From Trichoplax sp. H2 (Eukaryota), in assembly GCA_003344405.1 (NCBI GenBank), contig NOWV01000221.1, forward strand, positions 62,001 to 111,596: DNA of 49,596 nucleotides, given 5' to 3'. The position numbers and the translations under genes were made by a program. Under the pieces are notes generated by a model. It ran no database searches. It was not told where the DNA came from and saw only the letters and a program-made list of their open reading frames with translations. Of this stretch, positions 29,778 through 38,558 are shown piece by piece. Every line of letters starts with the position of its first letter. The first letter of the stretch is position 1.

Positions 29778-29800
29778 TTTTTTTGGGGGGGGGGGAAGGC
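29778..29800 (+). repeat. T7-G11-AAGGC motif, copy 2
   Basis: Identical to 28710-28732 and 1068 bp downstream; the T run extends to 9 here. Confidence 0.85.
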
Positions 29801-30881
29801 TTTTCTTTCCTGATAGCACTATAAGCTTTGATCTCAAATACGTGTGAAATGACTGGCATGCTTCAGGACATGCATTCGTGCCTCCATAGACATTGTACTT
29901 TTTCAAAGCAGTATGTTGTGCCATTGACTACATAAAATACCTTGTAGGTGTATATCTATTAGTCCATGGTTGTGTACTTCCGTAGTAGAGATTGTAGTCA
30001 TTTGGTAGTAATGAGATGAATCCTACGTAATTTTCATTTTGGGGCTGGTTTACTTTTTAAAGTGTACAAGTATACATCCATTTTTTGAGGTCTATTTTAT
30101 AAAGAAATAGAATATTACGGGGATGGTGATTGAATGGATAATGTTTGGACGTTCATGTGAACATTTCTAGTTTATTGCATTTTCATTCCCCCAAATAGAG
30201 TCCATTGATGTTATCCATAACGAATGGAAAGAAAATTCCTATTTGTTTCATTTCAGTAACTTTATAACATGCTATTTGGCTACGATAAGCTAGCCGAGTT
30301 TCTCCGTCCGATACTCTCTGTAAATCTGTTGTATATACACCAGTTTGTGATCCTATAAAACAGGTCCATTTAATTTGCAACGACTAACATTACTCTGCGT
30401 GCGGAGTATAGTGGTCCGAGTAAGCAAACCTTGATACTCTGTTAACGTACTAGAGAACGAAGGACTACAGTTGCAGGAGAAATTCTCTTATTTTAATAAT
30501 CTGTGTTAGCACATTAGAGCGCTACTCCCTATCATATCTTTCCCAATGGCAAGGGAAAAACCCACCACGAAAGCCTAACTGTAACTGTAGAGACTGCGCC
30601 ATAACTGCACTATCCTATTTTGGTTTCGTAGTCGTTGCCTGGGCGCAGCCATCTTTCGATAGCAATCATTTCAAGTGTTGTTGTCTCAACCGTACTGAAG
30701 AGAATGACGGTTCAATGAAGTTGAATCAAAGCACGGATGACATCATGAAGTGACCTCCTAGGGTGAGGCCTACTCCGTTCACTCCAGAAATGACTCCATC
30801 GGGTTCCCAACTTCTCTTTTCCCTCGCTGATTTGGTGACGAGTCAAAGGGGGAAATGCTGACTTGTGTGAAGTAGAGTGTG

Positions 30882-30923
30882 GTACCTACGGTGGCTAAGC
30901 GGTGGCTTAGCCACCGTAGGTAC
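30882..30923. repeat. Perfect 19-bp inverted repeat with 4-nt loop (hairpin/cruciform)
   Basis: GTACCTACGGTGGCTAAGC-ggtg-GCTTAGCCACCGTAGGTAC; the arms are exact reverse complements. Confidence 0.95.
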
Positions 30924-33900
30924 ACGATCGACGCTGCAGTGATATCTGCAAGCGTTAACTTGCAGATTGACTTGTTGTGTACGGTAGTAAATGAATGCAT
31001 GGTACCGTATTGGTTTGGGACTGACAATGGCCTCGTTATGTCCGTCCCTCTTTCTTTCTTGACCCGATTTCATTGACGATGGAGACGCAAACAAGACAAG
31101 CGATCGACTGCTCCGGTATCTCTGGAGGGTGATCCATGGGCACGACACTCGCTGCCGTCGGCCAATCATAGCGGTGGTATTGTACTGTACGTCAGCGTGT
31201 AATACACGTCGTGTCTTGTAAGCTTGGTCAGCATTGGCATTGGTATAGACGAGGAGAGACTTTGATTCAGTGAAAAATCTTGTCGGTCCATTGGGCACAT
31301 TAGCCAGCCATTTGGATTTTGCAAACTCTTTCTTAGCGTTATTGTGGACAAATTTCTCTGTTATCCTTGTTGACTTTTTCACCAGGGTGTTTTCATTGCC
31401 TTTGGATTAATCGAAACTTAGGTAGGACCATCTTTTTTGACTACAAGAAAAGAAAATTGAGTGTACTTTCAGTACCAAAAGTTGCGTGTCAACCAACTCA
31501 TGTTACAGTTTTGCGGCATTAAGTCCATTGAACTTCGCTTTACTCTACCATTTTTTTTTCTGACTGTTCAATTCGAGAGTGAATATTCAAGGCTGTGGTA
31601 TCGCGTTCGAATAGATTTACTCACTCTAATTTTTCATCTTTCAATCCATGTAGGCGGAGATATTATCCTGCTGTCCAACAACCCCTGCTTGGACGCGAGT
31701 GATACTGTGGTGAGAGTGGAAAAAAAATCTCTATAGTCACTGTACTGTATACCGGTAAGGTCTGAAAATTGCCCATGTCATCCTTTACTTTACCATTATA
31801 ACTGTGTGAAATGCAAGTGATTTACTCCATTTCGAATGACATTCTATGAACGGAATTGATCCATCGATGTTGATAGGCATACAGTAGAGCAAATTACTTG
31901 GGTATCATGTCAAATTGACTTGAGGGGCCACATTGGGTGTCCAAATTCGATACCAGCATGAGCAACAGAGCAAGGATTGCGTCGCCTGCAATCCTGACGT
32001 CACATCTACCACGCGTAGACGAAAGGAAGTTCTTCTATTTTTTTTTCCATTCGCTACGATCGAGTTCCTTGACATTTTGTCACTACAGTAGGAAATAATC
32101 AACGCTTGAAATGTTCGTGTTTGGTTAGCGTGTTGAATTTCGCTATGATTACAATTAAGATTGTTTATTGTTGCTCCCAACTTGCTACACAGTCGTATCC
32201 ATTTTTAGCCTGAGGAAACGCCATCTCATCAGTACGCCTCTGTTACGGTAGCGTAGAATCGATGTTGAGATGGCTGTCCTTCAATTTGGGACAAGTCGCG
32301 ATAGAAGCGAAATGAATACAGACTTTGCACATGGCATACGACCACGAAGAGTGAGTGAATAAGAGTACCCGATGATAGTGTTTTTAAACTGCAATTGCTA
32401 CCATACACTCTTGTACAGCAAGGTGTCCGTCTACACCCAAACGCCTAAATATTGATGTTATTACCATCTACTTTTCACTCACTCGACAACATGCCAGTCT
32501 ACAAATGTCCAGGCGTACTCCTGATTGAAATCACTGAATTCATTTCAACGATGCAGTTCTACCCTACGCAATCGATAATCGTGTCGACAGCGTTTGAGTT
32601 ATGACGGATGAGTATGGTAAATCATCCATCGACATTACTTTAAGAAGCTTGAATCCATACCTATCTTGTTGTTTTAGTACCGTAGTCGCTCGCAGTTGTT
32701 GCAATTGTATTGTTTTCTTACTTTGGTATGCGATTCTCAAGCTTGTATGGTTGCAATACCAACAAATTTTGTGATGATGTAGTGTATACTTTAAAATGAT
32801 GCTAGGCTGGAGTTTCATTGACTGTTAAGGCTAAATCTGATCATGTAGCATTAAGCAACAAAAAACTGTCTTTTGCTAGCTATTCATCTTCAGCATGTTC
32901 CCGCAAAGTAGAGTAGACTACAAAGATAGGATCTATCAAGCTAATATCCTTAAATGAAATAGTTGTATGGCTAGTTATACGGCAAATGGGGTGATAGCAT
33001 GACGAAATGATGCACTACGCTTTCACAACATCGTTATTTTACCGCACCACGTAGGTTTAACTGTGAATTATTCAGCTAATCCTGATTAGCGGTGATATTT
33101 TATTTATTTTTCCCCAATCCAAAATAGACCGACTCATTCCTGTCATCTGTGTGGGTTGCTTGTTTGTGGTCTACGTTAGAACGTACAGTAGATTGAGAAC
33201 CCCTGGTGGTCAGTCATTTCCAATGCTGGACATTTTTCATCGTGGAATAGTAGGCATAGTTACACTTGATTCCTTCCCTAGCTAACAGAACTTATACGTA
33301 TATTGATTGATCGATCTTACGCTATTGCTGAGAGATTATTCCTTTGCTATGGCAATTTGATAATACAGTACGTTGATACTTAGCTATTAAAGCCATATGT
33401 GACGGTTGTTGCATCGTAAATTTAAAATGTTGAGTACTGTACCTTATGGTATGCTAACGCTTTAAAATCAGTCTAATTCAACATTCAAGCACCTTGCTAC
33501 TTATTATGTGGTATTAATTGACCGAAGATGGCATAGCTGCTGTACTGTTTTCGTATTATCTATTGGCCAAAGTGCTATTCGGGCATTGTTTGCCACATAC
33601 AATAGCGATAGCCAATATGGCACTGATCTGGCCATCAATGATGATCAATAGAATCGAGATCGCTACTTTAAGCTACACAACGTGGAATTGTACAATATAA
33701 CTGCAACTTTTACAGTATATCTCATCGATCGATGAGGGTACTTTGAAAAGAGGAGAGGTGGCAAGAGCGTTACAAGTAACTATTTGAAAATACTTCTTAC
33801 TATTAAGTATCGCCGATTTTAGGCTATTTTAGCCAGAGTAGTGATTATTATAATTTATGATTGATATCGTACGTCAACATTTCAAAATTTTATGTTCTCT

Positions 33901-36900
33901 GCCTTGTTGAACGATCGTCATAATGCAATGTAAGACAAAATTGTTGCCTTCATGACTACAGACTGCGCTATATTGTATTATTATACACATTAGATTCATC
34001 GAAAAACAGCATGTACCGTGGATACAGGTTAATTCTTTCGAACCATTAACTACTGGATATTGAATGCCATCCATTGAAGACTATTTAGTAGTTCATTTTA
34101 TTTTGATGATACATTAACACTAAATTTTCAACGTAAAATTTTTAATAAGAACGTTAATGACGCTGTAAATAGACAAGAGTAGGGAATTGCGATTGGATGC
34201 ATTAGCCGAGATATGGACTTTTTCTACTTAACGTCTTTTTTATGATTTAAACACATTATTTAATTAAAAGTTCTATGACTAATCGGCGCAAGATTGAAGT
34301 TTGTCACTGCCAAATAGGCGTACAGTATTGAGATATGACACTGAAAAGGTTTCTTGTCCTCTATGGTTGATGACTAATACTATCGGCGCTATTATTGTTC
34401 TGATTTGTGAAGCATTTCCGTTTGGCAATATTGCCGGCGAACGAATATTCATCTCGTCGAGTCTTGACAGTTATAATAACATTGATGAAATGGAGTATTC
34501 ATTCTTAGCTCTATCGGGGTCATGGATGAATCATCAACTTTGATAGAAGTATAATTACCGTGCTATAATATACACCAGTAGAAACATACGTATTGTATCC
34601 GATTTAATTAAATTTAATAATAATAACCTGTACATGTAGACATTATCCTACGCTAACTAGAGAGATTCATAAAATTGATTAATCTGTTTATTTGTGACTT
34701 GTTTTAACTTTGGATGTAAGCATCATCTGTTCGATATCGTTCGAGATAATTATCCTATTGACGTAACAGCATGTTGACGTGAATCTAGAGAACTGCCAAT
34801 GATGCAGTGAAAGTAGACAGCCTACTTAGCTAACAGTATTTTATCATGCTTAAACATGGAGAATTTATTAGCTAAAATGGAGTCCCACCGCCGGTCCTTA
34901 TTGCAAGCTAGCCAAAGGATGGGCATTTTTGACCCACATTTGTCTCTTGTAGGCTTTGTGATATTGAATTGGATTGCAAAGCAGTTCGACTCATACTACA
35001 ATGGGTTGAATAAAAAAAGAGTTTTAGCTACATGACGGCGATAGTTTTAGTTAGTTTTAATGCCGTTTCTTACATTTACGAGAAATACTGAAATCTGTCA
35101 GTCGAATGAAAACTTATCGCTTCTGTATTTTGCTCTGTTAATAATACAATAGTACAGTATATCAGTGTGATGTCGGCTATCATATGTATGATGGCAGTAC
35201 AAGGATTGCGCAGTTTTAACACTATTTTAACATGATGCTCCAGAGTATCGGTGGTGATGCTTATTGCTTACTTCTTGTCAAGAGTTTTTTGTTATTTTAA
35301 TGTAAACGACTAGAACTCCAATGACTGGCAATAACGCTATAATACAGGTTAAATAACAGCTAACAATATTTATAGATAGTACTGTGCAGATAATGATCAA
35401 TCCATATCAATGACTAGAGTAAGCCTATTGTATGAAATGCCTACAGATATTATGATCATGTAGCGCTTGCCGCATGACTGATTGTATTTATTTGGACCGC
35501 TGTACATTACGTCGAAAACAAGCATACGACATTATACAGGATACTGTAAAGCAGCCTATTAGTGAAGATAAAATTGCTTAAATAAAGAAGCCGTCATCTT
35601 ATTCAAACAACTGTATCCACTTTGGTGCTGCGAACACTAGGCATTGTTCTATCAATGGTTCTTGTTGTCCAGCATCTTTTCAAAAGATTCTTTGTTCATG
35701 CTATGACATTTCTTTCTAGAATTACACGCAAGACAAATACGTCTGTTGAAAATTGTTTATTTGTGACTTGAGTAATCAATAGTATAGTAACTAATGTACC
35801 TTAGGTTATTTCTATTAATTCTTATTGACACCTTCAGGGACTTGTCCATGCTGTTCATTATGACAATTGTTTTTTGCTAACTGTTACACGCTATGTTGGA
35901 AAATACAGGTAACTTGGATAACTTCAACACGTGCAGAAATCGTTACCAGACGTATTTTCCAGGTAGAATCAACTGCTGTCGATGCACCCATGTTCTGCAT
36001 CCTTGAAATGTGTTTATTTCCAGCCAACTGTAAATGGAGACATTAAAGATTTGTACTCGAAACAATCTTGGTGAATGACTAATTTTTAAGTTCAACTTAG
36101 AGAAATTGGACAGTTACGTAAAATGTCCAATAGACTTTACAAGTGTACATATCCACGATCTTTTACTAAATCATCATTTATGTCTGTGTATTAATTAACT
36201 ATATTAGCGATGATATGATTCCACAACTAGTACGTACGAGTTACGTTGAAGACGTAAGATAGTAGCAATACTCATTTCAAGAGTTAAAAAATACGTTTTT
36301 TATCATTATAAACTCCAAGACTACCCAATCTACTTGGAATTAGTTCGCTTAGTAGCCATTTACGTTTGCCAGAGACCAATACAACGATTGCATGATGCTG
36401 CTTGCTTGGATAGATGTTCTATTAATCCAGTTAGACAACACGATTTTGTGATGGTCACGAAACAGCATAGCGGGGGTGTTACAATTTATTATCAATCTAC
36501 AGTGTAATTAATTGTATTTCATCATACTGTGTGCCTCAAAATATCTCAGAATGAATAGTAAATTCAATTAAATTATTATTTAAGCATCTGTTCTCTGCTG
36601 GACCTTGATTATACAGTATATGTATGCTACAGTGTAAACTGTATCTTGTGATTGGCGTTTACTGTAAAAGTACAAATGAAGGGTCATTTGAGGAAATGAA
36701 GTAACATTTTAATGATGGTACTTGAAGAAATTTATCATTATTATTATAAATAAGTACCAATGTTCATATCGATCGTCTCCAATCCTATTTAATCGAACGT
36801 CGATGTTAACACAGTGGCGCAACATGTTTATTCGATCGGAAAATCACAATACTGTACACTGCAAAGTCTTGAACAATATCACACGTCATTGATATCAATC

Positions 36901-38049
36901 CTGAAATAGTAGGGTTCCATTTGAATCCCTGTACTGTATAATAATCATGCTACAACTTGTACAGGATACGAAAGGCGATGGGTCCGTACTTTCAATCATT
37001 CTAACCTAATTCTGTCATGACGTATACTGTTACGGTAGCGTACGGTTCTATTTTGACCCGTATGCGATAATCTTGCTATCACTTGTACGCGAAACAAAGG
37101 ACGATAGATTTGTATTTTTAAATTGTTCCATCCTAGTCCTGTCACGACTGCAATATCTATTTTTACGTACAGTATTCATTTTGAAATGCTATGATTGATG
37201 ACATCGGGCGTTGATGATTCATCACGTTGACACAGTCTATAGGGACGAAATTGATTTAATGCAAATGATGCAATACCTATTGCTCAATCGATACTAGTCT
37301 AACGTGTAAGCTAGGAGGAAAATCATTAATAGAAAGAATAGAGGTTTTTTATTCAGAATACTCAACGACTCGAGATGACTAGAACAAAATGGGGCACCAC
37401 GAATGAAATGATAATTAACGGAAAAGGTAGAATAATAACGTAAACGAAAACGTCTAATTTAAGACTGGTTAAAATTATCCATACATGTTATTGGAAATGG
37501 CATAATTTAGATTATAATTACTATACTAATGTAACATCGTATACATCGTCAACGGATGCAGGTGTATAGATGCCTATTCATAGAACAAATGAAAAATTCA
37601 CACTCGCACGATTCCCGAAATTCACGCATCATCCTGAAATATCAGTCAAACTTGCCATTGCTTTGGAAGGATCAGGGACTTAGTATTATATTACTAATAT
37701 TACTACACCGCACAATTGTTGTAAATTTATGATTGTACACTGCTTCCATCATATGAAAATCACTGTAAAGATTCACTTCGATTTCTACCTGAGGTTGACT
37801 GCTTCGTTAAGATGATTAGGAACTGAATAGCCAACTAATTTTAATTCAACAAAATGAAATTTCCTTCTAGTGTGAAAACTAGAAATAACTATTGCCTAGA
37901 TTTCAGCAGTAACGTTCAACTTTTATGACTTTTGTAACCATTTTCATTGATCATTGATCCTAGATATCCACCCATTAGATTGTCGACAACTTATCAGTTA
38001 ATGCTGCATTGGAAATTGAATATCGAAAAGTGGTTAGTTTAGACGAACG

Positions 38050-38238
38050 ATGGGCCATTATAAATCATCTGCTTCTATTGTGGTATTCATGTGCGTCTTC
38101 TTGTATTGTAATACAAGTTTCGCCTTAGTTACTCGCATAAGTAAGTTAAACGACGTTGTGATAAACGTTGGCCAAGTGTTTAATTACACAATACCAGACA
38201 ACACTTTCGATCAACAAGAAACTGCTACCAGATATGAG
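38050..38238 (+). CDS. DAG1: Dystroglycan, coding exon 1 (signal peptide and start of first Ig/cadherin-like domain; 63 codons)
   Basis: MGHYKSSASIVVFMCVFLYCNTSFA is signal-peptide-like. It is followed by LNDVVINVGQVFNYTIPDNTF, a dystroglycan-type CADG motif. The exon ends TAT GAG|GTAAGA in phase 0 and splices in frame to 38559. Confidence 0.88.
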
Positions 38239-38558
38239 GTAAGATCGATACTGGTATCAAGTATTCACCAATTGTATAAGCTTTACAGTTGTAATGTAAA
38301 TATGCATGGAAATAATTAATATGAACAATTAGACTAACATTACCTCGTCAAATAATTGTAAAATGTTGTTTAATGGCAAAAGTTATTGCAAACGATCTGT
38401 TTTGAAATGCAGTATTGCCATTGGTACACCATGCCATAACTTATCCTATTTTTTGTCATACTGTACCTAGAAGAGATCAACTTAAAGTACATATGTAAAA
38501 GTAGAGTAGTTAATAGATCGATTATAATTAATTAATTTTTAATTTTCTTTCTTATCAG
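38239..38558 (+). other. 320-bp phase-0 GT-AG intron of dystroglycan
   Basis: Donor GTAAGA at 38239; polypyrimidine tract and acceptor ttttctttcttatcAG ending at 38558. The joined frame is open (38559 to the ORF-track ATG at 38691 is 44 codons). Confidence 0.88.

Noticed and set aside
30779..31382. 179-aa ORF and overlapping short ORFs
   Set aside because: No recognisable domain, a non-ATG start for the longest, and ORFs on both strands. This is explained by locally higher GC and the hairpin.
1121..37000. Numerous 60-90-aa ORFs in the AT-rich interval
   Set aside because: Their I/L/F/N/Y/K-biased composition is typical of random AT-rich sequence. They have no motifs and no consistent splice-linked frames.
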